Assembly: GCA_963707915.1 (NCBI GenBank)
Contig: OY970178.1
Coordinates: 416,001 to 480,000, forward strand
Direction of reading: 5' to 3'
From: Candidatus Eiseniibacteriota bacterium
Lineage (GTDB): Bacteria > Eisenbacteria > RBG-16-71-46
DNA length: 64,000 nucleotides
Shown: in pieces, positions 12,245-22,100 of the stretch
How positions within the stretch are numbered: position 1 is the first letter of the stretch
Layout: each line of letters begins with the position of its first letter
Program-made: the position numbers and the translations under genes
Notes under the pieces: model-generated
Told to the model about the DNA's origin: nothing
The model's input: the letters and a program-made list of their open reading frames with translations, nothing else
Databases searched by the model: none

Positions 12245-13162
12245 ATGACGGCTGTGCATCCTGAACTCGTGGTCATGGCCGCCGGCGTGGGTTCGCGCTT
12301 CGGCGGCCTCAAGCAGCTCGAGCCGGTCGGTCCGGGCGGCGAGAAGCTCATCGATTACTCGATCTACGACGCCCTGCGCGCGGGCGTGGAGCGGGTCGTC
12401 TTCGTCATCCGCCCCGAGATGGAGGCCGACTTCCATGCGCTCGTCGGCGCCCGTTTCACGGGGCGCGCGGAGGTCGTCTACGCGCACCAGGCGCTCGGCG
12501 ACCTGCCGGACGGCCTCGTCCCGCCGGCGGGGCGCGTCAAGCCGTGGGGGACCGCGCACGCGATCCTCGCCGCGCGGCGGGTGGTGCGCGCGCCCTTCCT
12601 GGTCATCAACGCGGACGACTTCTACGGCGCCGCGGCGTACGGCGCCGCGGCCGCCTTCCTGCGTGCGCCGGCCGGCGCGCCGCCGGAGCGCTGGGCGATG
12701 GTCGGCTACCACCTCGCCAACACGCTGTCCGCGCACGGCGCCGTCTCGCGCGGCGTGTGCTCGGTCGGGTCCGGCGGCCTGCTGCGCGACATCGTCGAGC
12801 GCACCGCGCTCACCCCGTGCGACGGTGGCGCGCGCGAGACCGGCCCCGACGGTGCCGAGCGCCGCTACCCGGGCGACACGCCGGTCTCGATGAACTTCTG
12901 GGCGTTCACGCCCGCGATCTTCGGCCACCTGACCGAGCGGTTCGCGCGCTTCCTGGAAGGGCGGGGGCAGGACCTCAAGTCCGAGTTCTACATCCCCGCC
13001 GCGGTCAAGGAGTTGATGGACGAGGGCCGCGCGACGGTACGCGTGCTCGATTCTCCGGACCCGTGGTTCGGCCTGACGTATCGCGAGGACCGCGACGCGG
13101 TGGCGGCCCGGCTGCGCGAGCTCGTCGCCCGGGGCGACTACCCGGCGCGGCTCTGGGGGTAG
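12245..13162 (+). CDS. Sugar-phosphate nucleotidyltransferase (NTP_transferase family)
   Basis: LVVMAAGVGSRFGGLKQ, KPWGTAHA, VINADDFYG. Confidence 0.85.
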   Translation: MTAVHPELVVMAAGVGSRFGGLKQLEPVGPGGEKLIDYSIYDALRAGVERVVFVIRPEMEADFHALVGARFTGRAEVVYAHQALGDLPDGLVPPAGRVKPWGTAHAILAARRVVRAPFLVINADDFYGAAAYGAAAAFLRAPAGAPPERWAMVGYHLANTLSAHGAVSRGVCSVGSGGLLRDIVERTALTPCDGGARETGPDGAERRYPGDTPVSMNFWAFTPAIFGHLTERFARFLEGRGQDLKSEFYIPAAVKELMDEGRATVRVLDSPDPWFGLTYREDRDAVAARLRELVARGDYPARLWG

Positions 13163-13173
13163 GGGACCGCCCG

Positions 13174-14049
13174 ATGGGGGCGTCCGACCGGCCGCTCGCC
13201 ACCGCCGTGCTCGCGTCGCTCGCCCTGGCCGCCTTCGCGGCCAACTCGGTGATCTGCCGCGCGGCGCTGGGCGGCCGCCTGATCGACGCTCCCGGGTTCG
13301 CGGCGATCAGGATCGCGGCCGGCGCCGTGACGCTGCTCCTGCTCCAGGGCGGGTCGCGCCGCAGCCTCCGGCCCGGGTCCGACCTGGTGCAACCGGCCAT
13401 GCTCTTCGTCTACGCGACGGCCTTCGCCTTCGCCTATCTCCGCCTGGGAAGCGGCACGGGCGCCCTCCTCCTGTTCGGCGCCGTCCAGGCCACGATGATC
13501 CTGGCCGCGTTCCGCTCGGGGGAGCGCTTCCGGCCGATCGAGGCGATCGGGCTGGTCCTGGCCCTCAGCGGGCTCGCCTGCCTGGTCGCTCCGGGCGTGA
13601 CCGCGCCTTCCCCGGGCGGCGCGGCCATCATGGTCGCGGCCGGCGTCGCCTGGGGGATCTACTCGCTGCGGGGCCGGGGCAGCGTGGACCCGCTGGGCGA
13701 CACCACGCGCAACTTCGTCCTCGCGGTGCCGCTGTCGCTGGTCGTGGTCGGATTCGCGCTGCGCGATTCCCACTTCACGCCGCCGGGCGTCGGGTTGGCC
13801 GTGGTGTCGGGCGCGATCACCTCGGGGCTGGGCTACGTCGCGTGGTTCGCCGCGCTGCGCGGCCTGACCGCGATCCGTGCCGCCATCGTCCAACTGGCGG
13901 TGCCGGCGCTCGCCGCCGCCGGGGGCGTGGCCTTCCTCTCCGAGCGGGTGTCCCTGCGTCTCGTCCTGTCGGGTCTGCTGATCCTGGGAGGCGTCGCGCT
14001 GGCGATCGCGGGGCGGTCGCGATCGGGCGGGGGCCGCGCCGCGGCCTAG
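13174..14049 (+). CDS. DMT/EamA family transporter
   Basis: About 10 TM segments; AFAANSV and TSGLGY motifs; ATG 13174. Confidence 0.85.
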   Translation: MGASDRPLATAVLASLALAAFAANSVICRAALGGRLIDAPGFAAIRIAAGAVTLLLLQGGSRRSLRPGSDLVQPAMLFVYATAFAFAYLRLGSGTGALLLFGAVQATMILAAFRSGERFRPIEAIGLVLALSGLACLVAPGVTAPSPGGAAIMVAAGVAWGIYSLRGRGSVDPLGDTTRNFVLAVPLSLVVVGFALRDSHFTPPGVGLAVVSGAITSGLGYVAWFAALRGLTAIRAAIVQLAVPALAAAGGVAFLSERVSLRLVLSGLLILGGVALAIAGRSRSGGGRAAA

Positions 14050-14103
14050 GCACGGGCCGGGCGCGGCGACGTGCAGCGGCGGGCCCGGCGTCCGCGACCT
14101 AGC

Positions 14104-15164
14104 TGTGGAGTCTCACTAGGTTGTTCACAGGTTGAGACTGTTCAACCGGGGTCCTTCTGACAGATGTTGGTGGTGTTCGAAGCCGTCAACGTCTGACCAG
14201 CGAGGAACCCCGGATGAACCTCCACAGTGGAGCACGGACCTGCCCTGCCAGTCGAGCACTGCTTGTTGGCCGGGTACGGGAGTCGGGCTGGAGCGTGACC
14301 CGAGCGGCCACGGCCGCAGGGATCAGCCGCCGGACGGCCCACAAGTGGCTGGGCCGCTACCAGGCCGAGGACTCGGCCAGCCTGCAGGACCGCAGCTCGC
14401 GGCCTCGGCGCCACCCCCACGCGACCCCGATCGAATGGCGGGAGATGATCCTGCTGCTGCGGCGCACGAGGATGACCGGGCCGCAGATCGCCCGGGACCT
14501 GAAGCGTCCGCGGGCAACGGTGGCGCGGGTGCTCAAACGCGCCGGGCTGGAACGGCTCCAGAAGCTCGAGCCGCAGGAGCCCGCGAACCGCTACCAGCAT
14601 CGTCGCCCGGGGGACCTGCTCCACTTCGACGTCAAGAAACTGGGGCGGATCAGTGGCTTCTACGGTCACCGCATCACCGGAGACCGCCGGCGACGGGGTC
14701 ATCGGGTGGGCTGGGACTACGTGCACGTCGCCATCGACGACCGCAGCCGGATCGCCTATGCCGAGGTGCTGCGGGACGAGACCGGCGTGACCTCGGCAGC
14801 GTTCCTGCGTCGTGCTGTGGCCTGGTTCCGCACCTTGGGCATCCGCATCCGCCGAATCCTCAGTGACAACGGCTCGGGCTACCTCGCGCGCTGCTTTGCT
14901 CACGAGGTGGAACGGCTGCGCTTGGTCCACAAACGTACGCGGCCCTACCGCCCGAGGACGAACGGCAAGGCCGAGCGCTTCATCCAGACCCTGATCCGCG
15001 AGTGGGCCTACGGGGCCGCCTACCTGACCTCCGAGGTCCGGGCCCGCGTCCTGCCCCGCTGGCTTCGCTACTACAACCAGAGACGTCCACACGGTAGTCT
15101 GGACGGCCTACCACCCTTCAGTCGGTTGCGACCCCGGGTGAGAACAACGTCCTGAGACTCCACA
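14104..15164 (+). mobile_element. IS481-family insertion sequence, intact
   Basis: Terminal IRs TGTGGAGTCTCA / TGAGACTCCACA; 6-bp target duplication CCTAGC at 14098-14103 and 15165-15170. Confidence 0.95.
14214..15155 (+). CDS. IS481-family DDE transposase
   Basis: HFDVKKLGRI, AIDDRSR, SDNGSGY, TNGKAERF. Confidence 0.95.
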   Translation: MNLHSGARTCPASRALLVGRVRESGWSVTRAATAAGISRRTAHKWLGRYQAEDSASLQDRSSRPRRHPHATPIEWREMILLLRRTRMTGPQIARDLKRPRATVARVLKRAGLERLQKLEPQEPANRYQHRRPGDLLHFDVKKLGRISGFYGHRITGDRRRRGHRVGWDYVHVAIDDRSRIAYAEVLRDETGVTSAAFLRRAVAWFRTLGIRIRRILSDNGSGYLARCFAHEVERLRLVHKRTRPYRPRTNGKAERFIQTLIREWAYGAAYLTSEVRARVLPRWLRYYNQRRPHGSLDGLPPFSRLRPRVRTTS

Positions 15165-15165
15165 C

Positions 15166-16122
15166 CTAGCGGGCCGACCTCGCCAGCGGGTGGAAGTCGC
15201 CGGTCAGCCCGACCGGGCCGGACGTGCGGATGCGATGCGCCAGCTCGATCGCGGGGCGCGCGTCGCGCACCCCGAACCCCCGGCCCTCGAGCATCTCGCG
15301 GTAGCAGGCGGTGTGCAGGTCGGCGAAGCCCTCCGAGAACTCGATCGCCTCGCCGTCCAGCGTGAGGGAGCGGAAGGTGGAGCGGCCCCCGGCCTCGGCG
15401 GGCAGGTCGGCGCGGTCGAGGGAGAGGAACCAGCGCACGCGCGCCCGCTTCAGCTCGATGAAGCCCGCCATCTTGTCAGGTCGCGCCAGGTGGACGCGCT
15501 GGTCGAGCACCGGCCCGAAGACCCAGGCGAGCATGTCGAAGAAGTGGATGCCGATGTTCGTGCCGATGCCGCCGGAGCGGCTCTCGTCGCCCTTCCAGGA
15601 GACGAAGTACCACGGGCCCCGCGAGGTGATGTAGGTGAGATCGAGGTCGTGGACGCGGCCGTCCGGCTCCGCCGCGATGCGCCGGCGGAGGTCCACCATC
15701 GCCGGGTGCAGGCGGAGCTGCAGCAGCGCGTAGACGCGCCGCTGGTACTCCGTCTCCAGCTCCTCGAGCGCGTCGAGGTTCCACGGGTTGAGCACCAGCG
15801 GCTTCTCGCAGAGCGCGTCGGCGTGGATGCGCAGCGCGAAGCGGATGTGCGCGTCGTGGAGGTAGTTCGGGGAGCAGATCGAGACGACGTGGATCCGCTG
15901 ATCCGGATCCATGCGGCGCAGCTTCTCCGCGTGGCGGTCGAAGCGCTCGAAGTCGACGAAGAACCGCGCCTGGGGGAAGTGGCGGTCGAGGACGCCCACC
16001 GAGTCCGACGGGTCCAGGGCGGCGACCAGGCGCTGGCCGGTGTCCTGGATGGCCTGCAGGTGCCGCGGGGCGATGTAGCCCGCGGCGCCGGTGAGAGCGA
16101 AGTTGCGAGGGGACGTTTCCAT
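15166..16122 (-). CDS. wbpB: Gfo/Idh/MocA oxidoreductase, WbpB/WlbA-like UDP-GlcNAcA 3-dehydrogenase
   Basis: FALTGAAGYIAPRHL, ICSPNYLHDAH, CEKPLV, SWKG, NIGIHFFD, EFSEGFADLH. Confidence 0.8.
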   Translation of the reverse strand: METSPRNFALTGAAGYIAPRHLQAIQDTGQRLVAALDPSDSVGVLDRHFPQARFFVDFERFDRHAEKLRRMDPDQRIHVVSICSPNYLHDAHIRFALRIHADALCEKPLVLNPWNLDALEELETEYQRRVYALLQLRLHPAMVDLRRRIAAEPDGRVHDLDLTYITSRGPWYFVSWKGDESRSGGIGTNIGIHFFDMLAWVFGPVLDQRVHLARPDKMAGFIELKRARVRWFLSLDRADLPAEAGGRSTFRSLTLDGEAIEFSEGFADLHTACYREMLEGRGFGVRDARPAIELAHRIRTSGPVGLTGDFHPLARSAR

Positions 16123-16319
16123 GGGTCCATTCTCCAGCGACGCGTGAGCCCGACCGCCGGCTCGCAAGCGTCGGGACGGGGCAACTGCGGCATCCTACCA
16201 GATGCGCAGGAACGTGCGGCACCCGTCGTGACCTCGCCCCCGCGGCCGAGCCGCTCCGGCACCTGGGCGCGGCAAAGGTGCGGCCGTCCCGCCGTCGGGT
16301 CCCGGAGGGATCCCGCCGC

Positions 16320-16961
16320 CTACCCGCCGAACAGGGCCTGCGGCTTTACGCGGAACGACTCGTTGAACAGGACGACCACGAGGCCGACGTACGCCGCGAG
16401 CCCCAGGACGATCAGCCACTGAGCCGTGGACGTCTTCTGGATGGCCTGCCGCGATCCTGCGTCACACGTCTCTCCAGGGCAGTACTGCGCCTTCTCGCGA
16501 TAGACCAGCGAGTAGACCTTGCAGCCGAGGCAGATGCCGAAGGCGGTCTCGAAGAACAGGAAGATGAGGCAGGCGAGACAGATGAGGCCGGAGATCATGC
16601 CGTAGGTGTTCATCACGTTCACGAGGACGAACATCGCCGAGACCAGGACCACGCCGATGATCCAGGCGAACCGCTTCTGCTGCGCGCCGACGTATTCGGG
16701 GACCTGGTTCCTGACGATCAGCCGGCCGAGGATCAGCGAAGGGGAGAACCGGGGATTGATGAAGACGCGGATCATGATGTCCGGGAGGAAGATCGCGACC
16801 GCGTACTTCAGGAGCAGGAAGTTCTCCTTGAGGCCGGCGGCCATCACGGAGATGAACATCATCAGGAACAGCAGGCCGGCCGCCGCGCGGATCTCCCGCT
16901 GGTTCAATACGGGGATGCGATACCCTTCCACGTCCTCTCCGAACCTGAAGATCCTGCTCAT
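16320..16961 (-). CDS. DUF4395-family membrane protein
   Basis: PVLNQREIRAAAG, QKRFAW, FETAFGICLGC; ATG 16961. Confidence 0.75.
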   Translation of the reverse strand: MSRIFRFGEDVEGYRIPVLNQREIRAAAGLLFLMMFISVMAAGLKENFLLLKYAVAIFLPDIMIRVFINPRFSPSLILGRLIVRNQVPEYVGAQQKRFAWIIGVVLVSAMFVLVNVMNTYGMISGLICLACLIFLFFETAFGICLGCKVYSLVYREKAQYCPGETCDAGSRQAIQKTSTAQWLIVLGLAAYVGLVVVLFNESFRVKPQALFGG

Positions 16962-17138
16962 GCGGCGTTCCCTTTCCACCGATGGACTGCGCAAGTGCGG
17001 GCGACTCCTGGCGCCCCTGGGCGAACGTCCATCATGCAGGATAGCCGGGTCGACCGGCGCCCCGAAAGTGACCGGCGCGAGGTGCGATCCGTCGAGCGCG
17101 GGGTCCCGCGGGATGTCCGAGCAGCGGGCCTTCGCCGG

Positions 17139-18374
17139 TCAGTCTTCCTGCGGCCAGCCGTACTCCCGCGCGATCGCCCGGACGATCTCCATGGCGAGCA
17201 GGTTGCCCTTGGCGCCGTTGGTCATGACGACCGCCCCCTGGCCGGACTCCGGATAGCCGACCAGCCAGCAGGTCGCGCCGGGCCAGTTGTCGCCTGGATG
17301 GAGGAAGGACAGGCCCGGCCCCCGGCCGTGGAGCAGGATTCCGAGTCCGTCGGACAGGGGCATCCCCAGCAGCTCGGGGTCGAGTTCCACCTGCGGCTGG
17401 AACATCTCCCGGGCGGTCGCCTGCGAGAACAGCCGCTCCGAGCGCCCCTGCCGGGCGAGCATCAACTCGATCGTGAAGCGAGCCAGGTCGGAGGGGGTCG
17501 TCATCAGGCCGCCCTGGGCCAGGGCGGTCGGGTGCATCGCCGGCTCCTGGACCGCCCCCTCCTGGTCGTGCGGCAAGGCCTCTTCGGCGCGCAGCCTCGG
17601 CGCCAGCGGATAGATGAAGGTGCTGGACCGCATGCCCAGCGGCCGGAAGACGATCTCGTCCACGATGCGTGTGAGCGGCCTTCCGGTGACGTCTTCCAGG
17701 ATCATCTGGATCACCGCGTAGCCGACGTTCGAGTACTCCCAGCTCGTGCCGGGGACCGTCCCCACGATCGCGGGCTTGTTCCGGGCGGGGGGCTCGCCGT
17801 TCAGGACCTGGACCAGCGTGGGCGGCGTGTCGTCCCAGCCCATGTTGGTCGAGGGCAGGCCGGCCTGGTGCGTCAGCAGCAGGCGCAAGGTGACCTTGTG
17901 GTCCCGCGTGAGGTCGCTGGCGGGGGTCCGCCAGGACTTCAGGTAAGTGTCGACGTCCGCGTCGAGGTCGAGTTGGCCGCGTTCGACCAGATGCATGACG
18001 GTCGCCGCCACCACGGCCTTGCTGGTCGAAGCGGCTTCGAAGCGGGAGTCCGGAGTCGCCGGCGCGCGACCGCCGGCCTGGAGAAGCCCGTATCCCTTGG
18101 CCCACTGGATCCGGAAGCCGTCGATGACGGCGATGCTCACCCCCGGAATGCGGTAGAACGCCATGCGCTCGGACAGCGTCGCAGTGTTCGCCGGCCCCCG
18201 GCCGGCGGAGTCGGCGGATGCCGGTGCGCCCGCCGACAACCCGTTCTCGATGCGCCATGCCCGCTGTTCGGGCCGTGGCGCCGGCACATCGAGCGCCCGC
18301 GCCTCGAGAGTCGAGCACGAGGCGAAGGCGATCACGGCGGCGAGCAGGTGGGGCGGGGAGATCCGCGGCATCAT
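17139..18374 (-). CDS. Serine hydrolase, beta-lactamase/AmpC-like family, exported
   Basis: SxxK (ASTSK), LLTHQAG, YSN, HPG motifs; start uncertain. Confidence 0.85.
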   Translation of the reverse strand: MMPRISPPHLLAAVIAFASCSTLEARALDVPAPRPEQRAWRIENGLSAGAPASADSAGRGPANTATLSERMAFYRIPGVSIAVIDGFRIQWAKGYGLLQAGGRAPATPDSRFEAASTSKAVVAATVMHLVERGQLDLDADVDTYLKSWRTPASDLTRDHKVTLRLLLTHQAGLPSTNMGWDDTPPTLVQVLNGEPPARNKPAIVGTVPGTSWEYSNVGYAVIQMILEDVTGRPLTRIVDEIVFRPLGMRSSTFIYPLAPRLRAEEALPHDQEGAVQEPAMHPTALAQGGLMTTPSDLARFTIELMLARQGRSERLFSQATAREMFQPQVELDPELLGMPLSDGLGILLHGRGPGLSFLHPGDNWPGATCWLVGYPESGQGAVVMTNGAKGNLLAMEIVRAIAREYGWPQED

Positions 18375-18674
18375 GGGAGCCTCTCGAGTGGCTTGGGAAT
18401 TGGCGACCGCCCGCCGGATGGCGCCGGCGGGCCGTTCCGGCGGCCGGTCCGCCGGCGCTGTAGCGACGGACCCGCCCCGGGCTGGATGTGGGACCGCATG
18501 GATGGACCGCGATCGCGCGGCGAGAGGTTTCGGCGCGACCCGGATCGTCCACGAACGCACCCTTTCCGATGACGGGTGCACGGGGTACGGCCTTCACTCT
18601 CCTGTGCGCCCGCGGTGCAGAAGCGGACCGAGCCAATCACCGGCGGCACCCGCGACCCGCGAACCTGCACGGCC

Positions 18675-18842
18675 TCGAATGACGAGGCCGAGTTCGAAGA
18701 GAAGGGCATGCGGGTCATCGAGCGCCTCTACGTGGTGGGTTCGACCGAATTCCAGCGGGTCGCGGCCGTGCCTCACGGGGACGACTGGAAGCTCGGCAAC
18801 TTCCTCGATTCGTTCCAGATCACTCGCTGGCTGCGGCGGTGA
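18675..18842 (+). pseudogene. Possible C-terminal remnant of a gene
   Basis: Codon usage looks coding (EAEFEEKGMRVIERLYVVG...FLDSFQI) but there is no credible start; abuts the att-like site at 18853. Confidence 0.3.
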
Positions 18843-18852
18843 TCCACCAGGA

Positions 18853-18864
18853 TGGCGTCCCCAA
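18853..18864. repeat. Copy of tRNA-Glu 3' end (outer att-like site)
   Basis: TGGCGTCCCCAA is identical to 41645-41656 and is followed by a degenerate GGATTTCGAACC. Confidence 0.55.
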
Positions 18865-19174
18865 GATTCAGGATTTCGAACCGGGTCGCCCGCTGGCTGC
18901 GAAGGATGGATGCGCTTCGGCAGGCGATCAGCACCGCGGCCTGGGTCTGCGCCAGCGTCAAGGTAGTGGCAACGGGAGGGTCCGCGCCCCGGTGCCGGAC
19001 AGCGGCGCCCGCCCGCCCGAGATGTCCGCCCGCCGCTCGGGAAAGCCATGCGCGGATCCGTGCGGGCCTCGCCTATCTCCCGCCCGGGTGTGACGCGGAG
19101 GCCGTTGCTGTCTCCAAGCGGTGTCCACGATGCCGTGCACGTCCACCCGCCTGCATCCCGATGTGAGGAGCGTC

Positions 19175-22100
19175 ATGTCTGAAATCCACCTGGGGATATC
19201 CGGCCGTCGTTGCGCCCTCGGGCTGTTCCTGCTGTTGTCGCTCGGCGTTGTCTTCGTGGGGATCCAGGCCTGGTCCCGGGACAGGCACCACGGACGACCG
19301 CGCTCCTCGCCGCTGCCCGGGGGAAGGGCGATTCCGGCCAGTTGGTGGGCCCAGGTCCAGCAGCGCATTGCGGCCGAGGAGTACAACGCGACCCCACAAG
19401 CGGGCTTGCTCCAGGCCCCGAATCGCGCGCAGGGCTTCCGTACGATCTTCACGAGCGAGGGAATCGAGGTCGTGCCCCGGGTCGGTGCGGCGGAATGGCG
19501 CCTGCGCTGGCGAACCGTGTCGTGGGGCCGGGAAGGCGCACTTGCCACCGTGGCCACCGTGCCCCCTCGCGCACAGGAGGCGCGGGTCGAGTACGAGCGC
19601 GGGCCGCTCGTCGAGTGGTACGAGAATCGGCCCGAGGGGGTCGAGCAGGGTTTCACGATCTCGGGCCGTCCGCGAGGGGAAGGCGGGGTGCGCATCCGGG
19701 GGCGGTTCAAAGCCGAGGGATTCGAGCTGCAGCCCGCCGCGAACGAGCGAGGCCTGACGTTGCGGAACCGCGTGGATGCAGCGGTGCTCACGTACGCCGG
19801 GCTGGTCGCGCGGGACGCGCGCGGAATCGAGCTGCCCTCGCGACTTGACCTGCGGGGAAGCGACGTCGAACTGGTCGTCGACGACCGGAGCGCGCGTTAC
19901 CCCGTCACGATCGATCCGCTGCTCTCGGCCCCTTCGTGGACGCACGAGGGCGACCTGGCCAATGCCCAGTACGGCTTCTCGGTGGCGACGGCGGGCGATG
20001 TGAACGCCGACGGCTTCAGCGACCTGCTCGTGGGCGCCCCGGGCTACGACAACGGTGCCCTGAAGAGCCTCGGTCGCGCGTTCCTCTACCTGGGTGCGGT
20101 CGACGGCCCGTCCGTGGTCGCCGATTGGAGCGCGCAAGCCGGCTTCCTCGGCGGTCCGGGCGCGTTCGGGGAGTCGGTGGCGTCGGCGGGCGACGTGAAC
20201 GGCGATGGCTACTCCGATGTGATGATCGGGGCGCCCCAGATCTCGAACGGTCCGGAGGCCTCCGAGGGGCACGTGTACCTGTGGCTCGGCGGACCGAGCG
20301 GTGGCGCAGGAGGTGCCTCCGGAATGGGCGCCAACGGCACGGCAGCGAACGCCGACTGGTTCGCCCAGGCCGACCTGCACGACGCGCGCCTCGGTTACTC
20401 GATCGCGTTCACCGGCGACCTGAATGGTGACGGCTACGACGACGTCGCACTCGGCGCGCCCGGCTACTCGAACGGTGAAGCGAGCGAGGGCATGGTGTTC
20501 GTATGGTTCGGCGCCGCCACCGGCTTGGGAGCCAATGGGACGCCCGCGAACGCCGACTGGTCCGCCCAGGGCAACGCGGCGAACATCGCGTTCGGCCACT
20601 CGGTCGCGGGCGCCGGCGACGTGAACGCGGACGGCTACGCCGACCTGCTGGTGGGCGCACCGCTCGCCAACTTCGCGTTCCTCTACCTGGGCAGCGCCAC
20701 CGGGCTGGGCGCCCCGGGCACGCCGCTCAACGCCGACTGGTCGGCGAACGGCACGCAGGCCGGCGCGCAGTTGGGTTACAGCGTGGCGACGGCCGGCGAT
20801 GTCAATGCCGACGGATATTCCGACGTGATCATCGGCGCGCCCTACTACGACGATCCGACGCTCGACGAGGGCAAGGCGTTCGTCTGGCTCGGCGGACCGA
20901 GCGACCTCGGCGCCAATGGCAACCCCGCGAACGCGGCGTGGTCGTATCGCGGAGGCACCAACGCGGCAAGATGCGGATGGAGCGTGGCGACGGCGGGCGA
21001 CGTGGACGGCGACGGGTTCGCCGACGTCGTCGTCGGCGTCCCCGGGTACTCGGGCGGCCAGGACAGTGAAGGGCGCGTGGTGGCGTTCCGCGGCTCGGGC
21101 TCGGGGCTGGGCACGCTGTCGTTCTGGAGCTACCAGAGCAACCAGTCGGGCGCGCAGCTCGGCGCGTCGGTCGCGACGGCCGGCGACGTCAACGGCGACG
21201 GGTTCGCGGACATCGCCGTCGGCGCCTGGCTCTTCCACGGCGACCTCTCCGACGAGGGTCAGGCGGCCGTGTTCTTCGGCCGCGCCTACGGGCCTGAGAC
21301 AACGGCGTCCTGGATCGGCGAGAAGAACGTGGCCGGGGCCCGGCTGGGCGAGCGCGTGGCTGCCGCGGGCGACGTGAACGGCGACGGCTACAGCGATGTC
21401 CTGGTGGCCGCGCCCTACTATGACGGCGGCAACGCGGACGAGGGGCGGGTCTACCTGTTCGTCGGACAGCCCACCGGGCTGGCGCTGAACCACTCGTGGA
21501 GCGCCGAGGGCAACCAGACCTCCGCGTTCCTCGGCGGCGGGATCGGCGCGGCCGGGGACGTGGACAACGACGGCTACGACGATGTGCTGATCGGCGCCCC
21601 CCTCTACGACAGCGGCGGAATGCAGGACAACGGCGCGGTGTTCCTGTGGCGCGGCGGGCCCGCGGGGCTCGGCGTGGACGGCACGCCTGCGAACGCGAGC
21701 TGGAGACAGGACGGCACGCAGAGCGGCGAGTACCTCGGCCTGTCCGTGTCCGGTGCGGGCGACGTGAACGGGGACGGGTTCGCCGACGTGGTCGTGGGCG
21801 GCTACGGGTGGAGCAACGGCCAGGCGGGCGAGGGACACGCGCTCCTCTTCCTCGGCGCCAGCACTGGCCTGGCGGCCGCACCCGCGTGGTCGGCCGAGGG
21901 GAACCAGGCGGGGATGAGGTTCGGCTACACCGTCGCCAGCGCGGGCGACGTGAACGCCGATGGGTTCGGCGACGTGATCGTCGGCGCACCCGAGTACTCG
22001 GGGGGGCAGGCTTCGGAGGGCCGCGCGTACGTGTTCCTGGGCGTACAGGGCGGGCTCGCGGTCGTCGCGCAGTGGACTGCCGAAGGGAACGTGGCCCAGG

